64,000 nucleotides of DNA from Heterodontus francisci. Lineage: Eukaryota. Within the stretch, counting starts at the first letter, position 1, and each line of letters starts with the position of its first letter. The notes beneath the pieces are model-generated. The model saw nothing but the letters and a program-made list of their open reading frames with translations. It was not told the origin of the DNA and ran no database searches. Below are positions 1 through 12,559 of this stretch, in pieces. The stretch is taken from NCBI RefSeq assembly GCF_036365525.1, contig NC_090372.1:168083771-168147770 (forward strand), written 5' to 3'. The position numbers and the translations under genes are program-made.

Positions 1-800
1 GGAAATAGTATATTTTAAAATATTTTGAAAATACCCTCTTATCATAACTGCTCACATCATGGCCAATTCTTTCTGATTTCTTTTTTATTCCCATAAGCAA
101 ACTGTTTTTCTGCAGCTATTTAATCCATAGGTAGATGATGCTGAAAATGGACCATTTAACATATATCTACCATGGATTTAGAGCATTGGTATTTGACTTA
201 CAAGGGTTATAACATCCTCCAATTAATCTATGCAAATCCAGTGTCACAATTGCTATCAGTGAGCTCTGGAAAACATGGGATTGAGGTCTAGCATACTGGT
301 ATTTCTCAGAAGAATCCTACATCTATCCAAAAACATATTCAACACATATAAACTCAATTTTCCAAAACTGAGGATAATGAGAAAGGCATTTTCTATATTT
401 TCGAATGTGGACATGTTCAATTTCCATGCTGGAAATATAAGTCTTTTCAATAATGAAAATAAAGTGTACAATCATCTGTATGTCCCTGGTGACTGTTAGG
501 TATTTCAAGATTCGCAGCTCCAGGCACTGCAACCTGAGCCTTAGAATCTTGTAACAAAATGTCTCTGACCCCTTTTTAAGAGAAAGAAATTGCAACACAC
601 CAAAGTCCATGTTTTTTTCCCATGTGCCTTTATCTTCCTCTTCTATCTCTACTATATACTTAAGGAATATATTCCATTCTGTCTTTCTTACGTTTTTATT
701 CAATTATTCAATATAACTTTCATCAGTAAGGAATCCTGTACTATATTCAGCATCCAGCAGACTTTTATCTCCACATTTCTTCCATAGTCCTTTTATTTCT
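1..800 (-). mobile_element. Possible highly degenerate L1/Tx1-like LINE ORF2 C-terminal remnant
   Basis: Minus-strand peptides 'KGTWEKNM' and 'MFSRAH' loosely resemble the WEKDL / K.FHRAY motifs of fish L1 ORF2; no intact frame. Confidence 0.25.
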
Positions 801-1849
801 TTTAGAACTAATGGCTCAGGTCAGTAAAACAGTCTGTTGCTGAGCCATAATGACCAGATGATTCCAAACAGGGGTGGTCAACAGATATTTTGGAGTCAAA
901 TTTAGCTCTTCATTGGATGAAGTATAGCTCCTTGCTTGGCTGCAGCTGCCCACATACTCATAGTATCAAAAAAGAAAGCTGGAAGTACTTCTGCCACTAT
1001 CTTCACACATACATTGTGCTAATCTGCAGCAGAAACTATTACAAGTTTGCCATGTAATTATTCCTGATGTCATGGATTTCAAAGTCATTATAAAGTTTTT
1101 CAGTGGAATGCAGAGCTATCCAACAGATCCTGAGAATCCTTGCAAACTGGACTACAAAGTACAGAAGATGGTCGAGAAGGGATGGAACTGAAAAGGAACA
1201 GAAAGCAGACAGGCGCTGAACTTCTCAAGAAGCTAGTTGGTGTGTTGCACAAGGAGCCAGGGAATAGGAAAAATGATTACGAACAATAAAACATGGAAGT
1301 ATCATTAGAAATGCCAAATACTTCTAGATTTCTTCAAGTTACTCATTCTGCCCAGAATGTTTCTTGCAAAATTTTATCTGCATTTCTAACGTTCAGAAAA
1401 ACATGCAAACTTCAAATTAATAAGCATTAAGGAGCAGCTCTTCACTCCTAGGCAATAACCAAACTTCAGTAAATGAGTAACACTCATTGTATGCATTATG
1501 CAAAATATTTTTTAAATGAGGGAGTAAATTAAGTGAAGCAATTCCATCTTCAGGTTCCAATGACATTCATAACCTATATGCCCTTATATTTTAATCCTCT
1601 TTCTTATGCCCATGTGTGAAACTGCCAAAGCACAGAACAAAAGCACAAGGTGAAAAGAAAAAAAAATTGATTTATTCTCCTTTTGTCTTCTCTTTTGTAT
1701 GCCTCTATTAAAATTTGGTTATCACTGAATCTAGTTCATGTGAAGATGAACTGTAGATAATTACTTCTATCAGTGGCCATCTGCAATGTTCATGTGGCCT
1801 AACTCATGACCACATCACACACTGTTTAATTATATCGACATCCTCCATG

Positions 1850-2270
1850 GTGTATTATCCATCATCCTCCTCAATCTCTTCATTGGCTTCCAATCGGTGA
1901 ACCTTTCCATCTTCTTTCACAAAAGTTGCAGTCACAGAAAATGTCAATATGCTCACACAGGATATATATGATATGACCCCACCATCTCTCCTCCTTTGTC
2001 CACCTCTGTCATCATTCTCTCCAGACCCATTTTTCTTAGAGAGGAAAGGGAGATTGGAAATGGGGCTGCAATTAATGAGGACTGAAAAGTCAAGGATCTT
2101 TTTTGAGTGAGGATGATAACAGCAGTTTTGATGGCGAGAGGACAGTTGTTGAGGAGAAGAAACCATTGACAGTTTCAGCTAGGAAAGGGCAAGGAAGAGA
2201 ATTTGTGTGATCAGGATTTCATTCAGAAGGGGGTTGAATGATCATTAGGTGAGTCTTGTGAGTAAGATAA
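1850..2270. mobile_element. Degenerate L2-clade LINE RT fragments (plus-strand piece ~1850-1925, minus-strand piece ~2030-2270)
   Basis: Plus strand 1861: IILLNLFIGFQSVNLSIFF (cf. LILLDLSAAFDTVDHSILL). Minus strand: NCSPISNLPFLSK (cf. NYRPISNLPFLSK). Confidence 0.65.
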
Positions 2271-2634
2271 ATTAGTAGATTGAACAGGTTGGGCCTATAC
2301 TCATTGGAGTTTAGAAGAATGAGAGGTGATCTTATTGAAACATATAAGATTCTGAGAGTGCTTGACAGCATAAATGCTGAGAAGATGTTTCCTCTTGTGG
2401 TGGAGTCTAGAACTAGGGGGAACAGTTTCAACATAAGAGGATTCCCATTTAAGATGGAAATGAGGAGCAATTTCTTTTCCCAGAGGGTCACTAATCTTTG
2501 GAATTCTCTACCCCAGAGAGCAGTGGCGGCTGAGTCATTGAATATATTCAAGGCAGAGCTAGACAGATTTTTGATCTACAAGGTTGTAAAGATTTATGGG
2601 GGCAGGCAGGAAAGTGGACAATCAGATCAGCCAT
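2271..2634 (+). mobile_element. CR1-clade LINE 3' fragment, interrupted by the Gypsy element; tail resumes at ~9079-9152
   Basis: ORF RLGLYSLEFRRMRGDLIETYKIL...FFSQRVTNLWNSLP; tail gatca-GCCAT-gatc is split by the LTR element and matches the intact tail at ~10496-10560. Confidence 0.9.
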
Positions 2635-2837
2635 TGCAGTGTTGTAGTGTTTTGAAATTGCAATTGCATTGTGCATTCTGTACTCTAGAGGTTGCTGTAG
2701 AACACACATGCTAGCGAAGGGAAAGTCAAATTAAAACAGAATAAACTCTTTGTGTTCAACAGCTTACTGCAGTCTCTGTCTCACATATCTTATACTAAAT
2801 TAAGTCAGACTTCACTAAATTGCAGAGGGACATCACA
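2635..2837 (+). repeat. 5' LTR of Gypsy element
   Basis: TGCAGTGTTGTAGTG...GACATCACA, contains AATAAA, aligns end to end with 8868-9073. Confidence 0.93.
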
Positions 2838-3496
2838 ATGACAACAAAGTAAATAACAAAGGATGGTGAAAAAATGGAAACATAGCTTTCAGGTATGAAA
2901 ATTTTGGAAGGGTTTTGTCTATATTTACAGATAGCATTTTAAATTGGAGACTGTGTTAGATACACACAGGAAGCTTGTAAGCTTGTACAGTGTATACACA
3001 CACACTGGTCTCTCCAAAATAACCATCCAATCAAAAAAAGTATATATTCTGAATCCTGTATCACTGTGTTGCTGATCAATACGGCATTATCTATGCTCAA
3101 CCTATCACCTATTGATGTGCATTCTGAGCAATCATCTGTATCGCAAGTTGGCAAAAGTGGCTGCGACGTTTTGAAGGCACAATGGCAGGTTTCGCAATCT
3201 CAGACGACATAAGGAAAAAGACGTGACTTCTACACTGTGGAGTTGAAGAATTAGAAGATATCTTTGAGACACTTACACCTGAGCAAAATGACTACAACTC
3301 TGTAAAAAGTGCAATGACGACATACTTTACAGGCAAGAAAAACACCATATATGAAACCATTGTCTTCCAAGGCACAAAGCAAGAAGCAAACGAGACAATT
3401 GACCAATATTGCATGCAACTGAGGCAACAAGCAACTAGATGTAACTTTGGTTATATTGAACATGTCAAACAGGAAGTTAAAACACAAATAATCGAA

Positions 3497-4241
3497 GGCC
3501 AGAATTTTACACCCCCCCCCCCCCCCAAAAGAGCAGGCTGGTGGCGCGGGGGACCGGTGGGGGGCGTAAAATGCAGTGGGAGGATCAGGGGGCCCTCCCG
3601 ACCCGCTCCCGCCTTTGCCGCCATTTTACTCAGGGCAGCGGTGGCGAGAAATGGCTTGCCCACCCCAGGCCAATCAAGGCCCTTAATTGGCCAGTTAACA
3701 GCCACTTAAGGGCCTCCGCCCGCCACCACAGGGATTTTACCATTGGCAGGTGAGCAGCCCAGGATTGAGAAAAGCCGCCTGTAAAATGTAGGAGGCCTTC
3801 TGATGGCCGGGGGGTGGGGAGCCTCCTGATAGTGCATCCTGTGTCCAATGGCGGGCCACCCTCGATGCCCCAACCACCCCTAACTCCCAACAAGCACCCC
3901 CCCATCCCCCAATCAAACCCCCTTGCCTCGCCAGGCCTCAACCGATCACGCCTGGCCAGGGCCCCAAAAACTTACTTCTTTTCCATGCTCTCCGTCCTCT
4001 TGATCATGAAACTGGGTTGCATTCCCAGCAGTGGACACCGCACCCAGTGGCGCTGCTGGGACTAAGAGCTGCTGGCCTGCTGATTGGCCGGAAGCTCCAT
4101 TAGGTGGAACTTCCTTCCTCAATGAGGTGGAAGTCCTGCCCAAGACCAATTAAAGACCTGGGGACCATAAAATCCAGTCTGGATCCCCAGGCCTGGCAGA
4201 TCGGTGGATGGCTCCCATCGGACAACTGCAAAATTCCAGCT
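3497..4241. mobile_element. GC-rich non-autonomous DNA transposon (MITE, possibly PIF/Harbinger-type) inserted in gag
   Basis: Imperfect TIRs GCCAGAATTTTAC / GCAAAATTCCAGC; GAA duplicated on both sides (3494-3496, 4242-4244); removal restores gag QIIE-GCLSSQL. Confidence 0.75.
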
Positions 4242-4839
4242 GAAGGCTGTCTCTCCAGTCAACTATGCGAAAAGCACTTGAGAAAGACAGAGACTGTTAG
4301 AGCTGTTGGAGTTAGCAAGATCACTATTGCTTTCAAAGTCCAGAGCTACTGATGTTGAGGCTGCTAACAGTAACTACTACACTCCAATTTCAACTCCTGT
4401 GGATACTGTTCATCACTCACATGCCTGAAAATCACCTGCATAACAACAACAGCTCACAGAGTTGTGGCCTGTCCAAAGAATGTTTCCACTGTGGTGGTGC
4501 ATACCCACTCTGAAAAGAGTGTCCTTCTTCTCGTAAACAGTGTAAAGCTTGTGGAAAACCCAACCATTTTGCTCATGTTTGTTGCTCATCAGCACAACTA
4601 ACTACTAAGACTCATACCAACTGAAGAGTGTCACATATGCGTACCACAGCAAATAGGTGAGAGAATGTAACCAACGTGGAGGCAAATTACCCTGAACATA
4701 ATTTTTGAGCTCTCTCTCAGACACAGCAAACAGCCATGTGTGACAGTGACTGTCAACTGCTCGGACACAGATGCTCTCATAGACACAGGGCGTCTGTCAA
4801 TGTCATGGGAGACAAAACATTCAACCATTTGAGGGAAGA

Positions 4840-4972
4840 ATTGAGGGAAGGTGGGGATGCAGTAGGGAATATGGGATTAATGTAGCATTATTATAAATGG
4901 GTGGTTGATGGTCAGCACAGACTCAGTGGGCCAAAGGGCCTGTTTCAGTGCTGTATCTCTCTATGACTCTAT
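4840..4972 (+). mobile_element. 3' fragment of HE1-like SINE inside the Gypsy protease region
   Basis: Closely matches 48440-48556 (gggaaggtggggatg...gggcctgtttcagtgctgtatctct). Confidence 0.8.
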
Positions 4973-5102
4973 AACATTTAGAATTTCCCTATTCTCTGCA
5001 AACCAGGGAATACAAAAATTTTCCCTTACAACAGTGACAAACCACTGAAAATCCTCAAAACAAATGCTGAATTCCATGTCATATCTGGAGAATGTGACAC
5101 AC

Positions 5103-5994
5103 TGTTATGACCAGGTAAGAAAGGTGTTTAGGGGTCTCTTTCAGCCTTCACCTGATCTTATTGTAACAGGGTTTTGTTTTTAAACACACTGTGTTTTGAG
5201 CTCCCCCTTTGGTGAATTCTTATTCACCACTTTCCACTATAAGGCAAAGAAATGAATGTAAACAGGCTTTCTTAGGTTTGAAGAAGAAAAGTGAAATTTA
5301 TTAAACCTTAAACTTAAACTCTAATACGGTTAACATCCACGCTAGCATGCACATGTGATACACACATGCAAATAAAAACAGAAAAGAGCAGAAGAAAAAT
5401 AAAATGGAGAGATTTTAGACAATATCAGAAGAGTTTTTTGTTTACTGTGCTTCGAGCTCACTGTAGTCCTTTTGTAAGTAGTCTTGCTTTTCGTTGGGGC
5501 CCAGTATTCTTCTTAAATCTTGTTCACTGTAGGAGACTTTTCTCTCTTGGGGTTCATGTGTCTTCAATGGTTTCCAAAGCTGATGAGAGCGAGATGAGAG
5601 CAGACAGGAGAGAGGTGTTCTCAGTCCAGGAGAAAACAGCGTTCTGTGTTCAAAATCCCTTTTGGAAGTTCAAATTCAAAAAACTCCAACAGTCAGCCAG
5701 TTATGTGACCAATCTGGTCTGACCACATCTGTTTGTGTATTCGGCCATCTTAGCAGTCACCAGTCCACCTTTAACATCTGGCAATCAAAAGTCCATTGTG
5801 GGTTAAATTAGAGCAGGGAGTAGCTCTTTTGTCCTTTGAAGTTATGTCTGTTGATATGCTAATTTCTCTCTCCAGCCAAAGACTCCAATTGTTTTTAAAG
5901 CAAGTTCTTTCTTCACCAACAATAGTCCAAAATCAATGTTCATGTGACAAAATTAATTTTCCTCATTCTTGGCAGGTGGGGGGCTTGCCTGACA
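5103..5994 (-). mobile_element. Solo LTR of an unrelated LTR element, antisense within Gypsy pol
   Basis: Minus strand reads TGTCAGG...CATAACA; AATAAA on minus at ~5297-5302; CAC/ACAC repeated at both flanks; host protease peptide (EFHVISGECD / IISFHTATDL) resumes after it. Confidence 0.7.
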
Positions 5995-8867
5995 CACCAT
6001 TATCAGTTTCCACACAGCAACAGATCTGCTCATGATTGCAGTCACATATCCTATTCCCTCATATAACAAAAACATTCTCGAACTGTATGCTGATCCCTTC
6101 ACTCGTATCGGTAAGGCGAAAGGTGTTACATGCAAGATGCATGTCGACCCTAATGTGACCCTGTTGCGCATCAACAGTGACGAATACCATTTCATGTCAG
6201 GAAACAAACAGAGAAGGAACTTCAACAACTACTTGATCTTGACATTATTGAGAAAGTTGGAGATGAATCTACCCCTTGGGTCTCACTCATACAAATCATC
6301 AAAAAACCCAAGAGCAAGAACCAGATTAGATTCTACGATGATATGCAATCGCCAAACCAAACCATACAACGAGAAAGACACTTGACACCAACAATCAGTG
6401 ATATCACAGAGAAAGTGCTAAATGCTTTGCTTAACTCAACCTCAGTGCAGGCTACCATCAAATCGAGCTTACAGTAGAATCAAGATATCTGACTGTATTC
6501 TCTACTCACATCCGACTTTTCCAATACAAGAGGCTCAACTTTGGAGTCAGCTCAGCAGCTGAGGTATTTCAGCATTTGATTCAATCTGCACTTCAAAGAC
6601 ATGAAGGCATGCTAAACATCGGTGTTGACATTCTCATCTATGACCGCACCGAAAAGGAACTCGAGACACGACTACATGCACACCTACAACGTCTCAGAGA
6701 ACGTAACCTCACCTTGAACAAAGACAGTGCCTGTTTAATGAAAGCAAAACTGAATTCTTTGGTCATGTGTTCAGTGATGAACGAATATCACCAGATCCAC
6801 AGAAAGTTAAAGCCATTGCAAACGCTGCAGATCTTACAAATGTGCAGGAAGTCTGCAAGGACTTATCACATACTGTAGTCATTTCATTCCTGACCTCGCT
6901 ACACTATCTGCCCCCAGCAGGATCCGACAAAAGAAACGAATTGGAAATGGACTAAATCGCACAAACAGGTGGTACACCAGATCAAATGACGTTTGTTTGC
7001 AAGTTGCACAAATGCCTATTTCGACCCTGAGAAAACCACCCAGCTATTTGTGGATGAAAGCCCAGTTGGCTTAGGTACAGTTCTCGTACAGAAAGACAAG
7101 ACAGGTAACCCATCAGTTGTTATGATGGCAAGCAGATCGTTAACACCTGTAGAGCAATGTTATCCACAAACAGAGAGAAGCGCTGTCACTCACATGGGGT
7201 ATCTTACACTTTCATCTTTACCTATATGGAAGCGAGTTTAAAGTAATAATCGATCATAGACCACTAGTGAGCTTGTTCAACAATCCACATAGCAGACCAT
7301 CCACTCGAATAGAACATTGGATACTCAAACTATAAGAGTACGAGTTCCAAGTTAAATATCAAACAGGCAAGCTCAACCCAGCGGACTACCTTTCGCAACA
7401 TCCATTGCCGACAGTTGGTCCTACTAGTTGTGAGGAAAAGGTTGCCGAGCAGCATCTTAAGCCTAAATGTGGTGCCAAAGTCACTAAAATTAGCTGACAT
7501 TAAAGCAGCAACAAAACAAGATGAGGCTTTGCAATTATGTATGAAGGCTATAGAATCAACAAAACTGGAAAGACTTAATCGAGAAAGTGTCTACAAACAA
7601 AATCACTCACACACTACAAGGTCTTCACAATGTCCGGAATGAGCTCACCGTTGCAACCACATCTGATCTCATATTACAGACCAACTCATTCCACACTCAT
7701 TGAAGGAATGTGTTGTCAACATAGCACATGAAGGACACCAGGAAATAGTCAAGACCAAACAACTCTTTAGGGAAAAGGTACGGTTCCCAGGAATTGACTG
7801 TATGATAGAGCACAAAATCAATCAGTGTTTGCTATGTCAAGCAACAAAATGTCAAATCTTCATGATCCTCTCAAGATGTCCGAGCTACCTCCAGGACCAT
7901 AGATTGAAGTTAGCATTGACTTTGCAGATTTACCCACAGGTGAACACCTGCTTGTTGTTACTGACGACTACAGCAGATTCCCAATCGTGGAATTAGTTAT
8001 GTCAACTTCAACGAAAGCAGTCATGCCAAACCTTGACCGATCTTCGTCTTGTTTGGAATCCCTGAAATGGTAAGAAGTGACAATGGACCACCATTCAACA
8101 GCCAAGAGTTCAGTAAATTTGCAAAATACCGAGGGTTCACTCGTTGAAAAATCACACCCAATTGGCCAAGAGCTAATGGAGAAGTTGAGAGATTTATGTG
8201 AACCTTGAAAGAAGTGATATGTACAGCTACAGCTGAGAGCAAGTTATGGAAGCAAAAGCTATATCACTTTCTTCGTAATTACAGAGTGACACCTCACTAG
8301 ACTACTGGAAAACCTCCAGCTACACTCATCTTTACACTCCTATGCACAAACGTCTACCTGAGCTATCTCATGGAGCTAATGATCAACGTGTACATGAACG
8401 CAATTGAGAACAGAAGGATTGAATGAAAGTAAATTCGGAGAGAAACATGAAATTTAGTGCTACACGACTAAAGCCATGAGATAAAGTACTTGTGAAACGT
8501 GATGGTCATGTTGGAAAGCAAACAACCCCTTATGACATACAACCATTTGTTGTGACCAACACAAAGGGATCAATGATCACTGCTAAGCGCGATGCACAAA
8601 TCATCAAAAGAAACGTGTCATTCTTAAAGCACTTAAAACACCACTCGCAAGCATTAAAACCGATTTTGATAACAACACCTTAGGTGAAGAACATGAGTTA
8701 AATGAGACTACATCTGATGTCAGACGATATCCTACTCATGAGAGAAAACACTCGCCATACTTAAGTGATTATGTTACGCGATGAACTATTTACATTTAGG
8801 TTTATTGTTCACATTTTGGAAACAAACCATTGAAACATGCTATGTCACTTACTAAGAAGGGGAGGGA

Positions 8868-9073
8868 TGTAGTGGTGTAGTGTTTTGAAATTGTAATTGC
8901 ATTGTGTATTGTGTACACTAGAGTCTGCTGTAGAACACACATGCTAGCAAAAGGAAAGTGAAACTAAAACAGAATAAAGAAGAGGTCTTTGTGTTCAACA
9001 GCCTGCTGTAGTCTCTGCCTCACATATCTTATACTAAACTCAACTAAACCTCACTAGTCCCGAGAACATCACA
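8868..9073 (+). repeat. 3' LTR of Gypsy element
   Basis: TGTAGTGGTGTAGTG...AACATCACA directly after the PPT and followed by TSD GCCAT. Confidence 0.93.
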
Positions 9074-9669
9074 GCCATGATCATATTGAATGACGGAACA
9101 GCCTCAAGGGTCAAATGGCCTATTCCTGCTCCTATTTTTTATGTTTCTTATGTGAAGGAGGAGATGGGGAGAAACTGCAAAGAGACAAAGGTTGAGAGCT
9201 AGCGTTTATGCAGATGGGGAGCAGGAGGAAAAAAATGACAGATGAGGAAGGAGCAGTGCAAGTGTCAAATGCAGGTTAGCTCTCATATTCATTTGGGGTA
9301 TTTTTCACATCGGGTAATAGTGTATAATGGGTGGTATCAGATCATTATACATCTCTCCCGATTTTCATTTCCATTAACTTCGAGGAAAATGTTTTTACTG
9401 GGTTATTAGGAGAGGGGATTTGGCGCAATGACTTGTCAACTGATTTTTCTTTACCATTCGACTGATATCTACACAAAAATGGTTGAAAAGTTGAGGAAAA
9501 TCTATGTCCATTTGTCACTTTGTTTTTCCTTTTTTTGATTCAAAAAAATGCATAATTTTTAATGTGAAAATTTAGAATTTTCTGGAAGAATATGCCCAGA
9601 CTTCCCAGCACCACCCCCGCACCACCCCACTTGATAGAAATACATTGCCAATTTTGTGTCTACAGCAAT

Positions 9670-11290
9670 TGTCACAACATTGTGATATAATTATGGATGA
9701 GGAAGGCCATTCAGCACATCTTAACTCATCCATCCAGAGAGATCCTAATGTCCTGCCTTGTAGAATCCAATTGATTCCAAGCTCTGCCTCCACTATTCTC
9801 CCTGGAAATCTATTCCACACCTTAATCACTCTTCTGATATCAGTCCTAAAGTTACCCTTTACTAGATGGAACCTGTGTCCCTAGTTCTGCTCCCAGATTT
9901 TAACTTAAATAGTATTCAAGATTCCCTTTTTTCTATATCCTTAACAATTTTAAATATCTCTTTATGATCACCGATTACGAGAGGAATTGAAAATAAAAGT
10001 AAGGATGTTATGCTTCTGTTATACAGGGCATTGGTGAGACCACATCTCGAATAGCGTTTGCAGTTTTGGTCTCCTTATTTAGGGAAGGATGTAAATGCAT
10101 TGGAGGCAATTCAGAGGAGGTTTGCTAGATTGATACCTGGAATGAGCAGGTTGTCTTATGAGGAAAGGTTGGATAGACTGGGCTTGTTTAGAAGAGTGAG
10201 GGGAGACTTTATTGAAGTTTAGAAGATCCTGAACAGTCTAGACAAGTTGGATGTGGAGAGGATGTTTCCTCTTGTGGGTAAGTCCAGAACTTGGGGCACT
10301 GTTTTAAAATTAGGGTTGCCCTTTTAGGACAAAGATGAAGAGACATTTTTTTTCTCAGAGTGTTGTGCGACTTTGAAACTCTCTGCCTCAGAAGGGTGGT
10401 GGAGGCCGGGTCATTCAATATTTTTAAGGAAGAGTTAGATAGATTCTTGTTAGGCAAGAGAATCAAAGGTTATTGGGGGTTTCAAAACACAAACAGATCA
10501 GCCATGATCTTATTGAATGTCGGAGCAGGCTAGAGGGGTCAAATGGCCTACTTCTACTCCTAATTCGTATATTTGTATGTACCTCTGAAATGCCTCCTTT
10601 CCATTCTGTAAAGCCCAAGTCTCTGGAAGTCTTTCCTCACAACTCAGGCCCTTGGCACTGAGGATGAGTGCAGGGCTTTTCTCTGTACTGCCTCCAACAA
10701 CTGAATATCTCTCATTTTTAGGTGACCAAAATTGCTATCGAGTTTGATCAGTATCTCCTCTGATTTAAGTGCTATTGTTTTGGCTATAAAGTTCAACATC
10801 CTAGTGACTTTGCTGATTGCTGCTCTGCATTGGTTGGACATATTGAGCATCGAGTCTACCAAGACTCTTATGTCCTTTCGAACTGCATCCTTAGTTATTT
10901 CAACACCCTTCACAGAGTACAAGTGTCATCTATTTTTCCTTCCTATGTGTAAATCTTTACACTTGTATCATGTTAACTTCATCTCCCATTGTTCTGCTCT
11001 CATACATATTTTATCCAACTAATTCCATAATTCTGTACTCCCTCTTCTGATTCCACTACCCCTCCTAATTTGGCATCATAAGCAAATTTGACTACTTTGC
11101 ATTGAACTTCTGAATCCAAGTCATTTATGTAAATTAGAAACTGCAGTAGTCCCAACACCAAGCCATGAAGAAGCCCATTATGTACTGCCCCCCTACTCCA
11201 CATAACTTATCCAATGAGTGTACCTATTGTTTCCTACCTTTCAACCTGTCTGTTATCTATTCCTGAAACCTCAGAGTTGAACTTAACAAA
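9670..11290. mobile_element. Cluster of CR1 LINE 3' fragments (minus ~9670-9970; plus ~9975-10580; minus ~10590-11290)
   Basis: Peptides IKVWNRFPGRIVEA, LEAVQRKA, FLIYINDLDSEVQCKVVKFAYDAKLGG; CR1 tail at ~10496-10580. Confidence 0.85.
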
Positions 11291-11299
11291 TAGTTTCAT

Positions 11300-11450
11300 A
11301 AAAACAGAAAATGCTGTAAATACTCAGCGGACCAGGTAGCATCTGTGGAAAGAGAAACAGAATTTAAGTTTCAGGTCGATTACCTTTCATCTGATAGGTC
11401 ATCAACCTGAAACATTAACTCTGTGTCTCTCTTTCCACAGATGCTGCCCA
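11300..11450. mobile_element. Degenerate inverted-repeat copy of the Penelope-like hammerhead repeat family
   Basis: cagcatctgtgg..gtttcaggtcgat..ctttcatc / gataggtcatcaacctgaaacattaactctg..ccacagatgctgcc; same family as 42838-43071. Confidence 0.75.
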
Positions 11451-11786
11451 AATCCAGATCTCTGCCTCAAAAATGGAAACATTTTCATCTGTCCCTGTTA
11501 GTCTTCTTCACAACTGCATCCATACCTTGTCAAATACTAGCAATGGCAATAAGGCAGATTTTGCTGCAAGGTTCCATTTCCCTAAAGCTTAGGAACTACC
11601 AGCAGGAAATCACACCTGTACAAATCAGGCAGCCCAGATCCATTCCACTGCCAAAGGTCACAGTGAACTTAGAGAGACCTGCAAGATTCAGATACTGGGG
11701 AAATTTTTTTTTCCAGGAACTAGGAGGGAGATTAAGAAGAGGCCCTCAGGTAATTTCAGGATTGCTTGAGTGCAATCCATGACCCT

Positions 11787-11870
11787 TATTCTTTCATGGG
11801 ACGTGAGCGTCGCTGGCAAGGCCAGCATTTGTTGCCCATCCCTAATTGCCCTTGAGGTGGTGGTGAGCCT
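11787..11870 (-). mobile_element. LINE 3' tail fragment (same tail as 61495-62215 and as the SINE at 56564-56962); another copy at ~14657-14742
   Basis: ttcatgggacgtgagcgtcgctggcaaggccagcatttgttgcccatccctaattgccc. Confidence 0.75.
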
Positions 11871-12559
11871 GCTTATTAGACGGCATTTAGTTGCTGCAGA
11901 GCATAGTAGGGGAGGCAGGGTTTATATTTCCTGTTCAGCTGGGGGCTTTCGGTCAGAGGGGGAGATGTGGATATCCAGTGGATGGTTTTGAGTTTTCCTT
12001 CATTTCTCTTTTTAACTAAATGCTGGCAATTCCACTCTTTATTCAGGGTTTCAGGGTAACATAATTGCTGCTTGCTTGGACCAACTGTCCTCCGGCCCTT
12101 ATCTACCATGAAATGGGAATCAAAACTTGCTCAGTGGAGGGGAACAGAGGCCACACATTTGCTTGGTGAGTACAAAAACTTGCTTAGCTGTGGAGAGTTG
12201 GGATGGCAGCAGAACATTTACTAAGTAAGGAGAGCAAAATCCTTGCTCAATACAGGATACAATGGAGGTTGTAACTTGCTCGACAAATGAGGTGGACAAT
12301 TTTTTGTTCTGTCTACAGCTTTCCATAATAGGGATTTGTTTGCTTTTTTTGTTCAATAAAACTGGTTTCTCTGGATATTTTCGATCCTGTTACTTTGTCT
12401 GTTTATTTTGAGGATTTAATCAAGGTATCATTTCAACTTTAATGTACTGTTAGGTGGTGCACTATTGTTTACAATTTGCCTTGTAAATACCACTCACCAG
12501 GTGACCACTTTTAGAATTTTAAAATCACTCAGCATTTTCATCCTATTGAACATATAGGA

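Larger units (their letters stand above)
3140..8700 (+). pseudogene. Disrupted gag-pol of the Gypsy element
   Basis: gag: WQKWLRRFE, YFTGKKNTIYE..FQGTKQEANETIDQY..LRQQATRCNFG. RT: RLNFGVSSAAEVFQ. RNase H: TQLFVDESPVGLGTVLVQ..ASRSLTPVEQCYPQTER. Integrase: [33 protein letters not shown]. Many stops and frameshifts. Confidence 0.9.
2635..9073 (+). mobile_element. Full-length decayed Ty3/Gypsy LTR retrotransposon
   Basis: Two ~205-bp TG...CA LTRs; 5-bp TSD GCCAT (2630-2634 and 9074-9078); polypurine tract AAGAAGGGGAGGGA at 8854-8867; gag, protease, RT, RNase H and integrase remnants in Gypsy order. Confidence 0.93.

Noticed and set aside
3451-4352. Cluster of GC-rich ORFs and a CpG-island-like patch suggesting a gene
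   Set aside because: Lies within a TIR-bounded insert in the Gypsy gag; no recognisable protein
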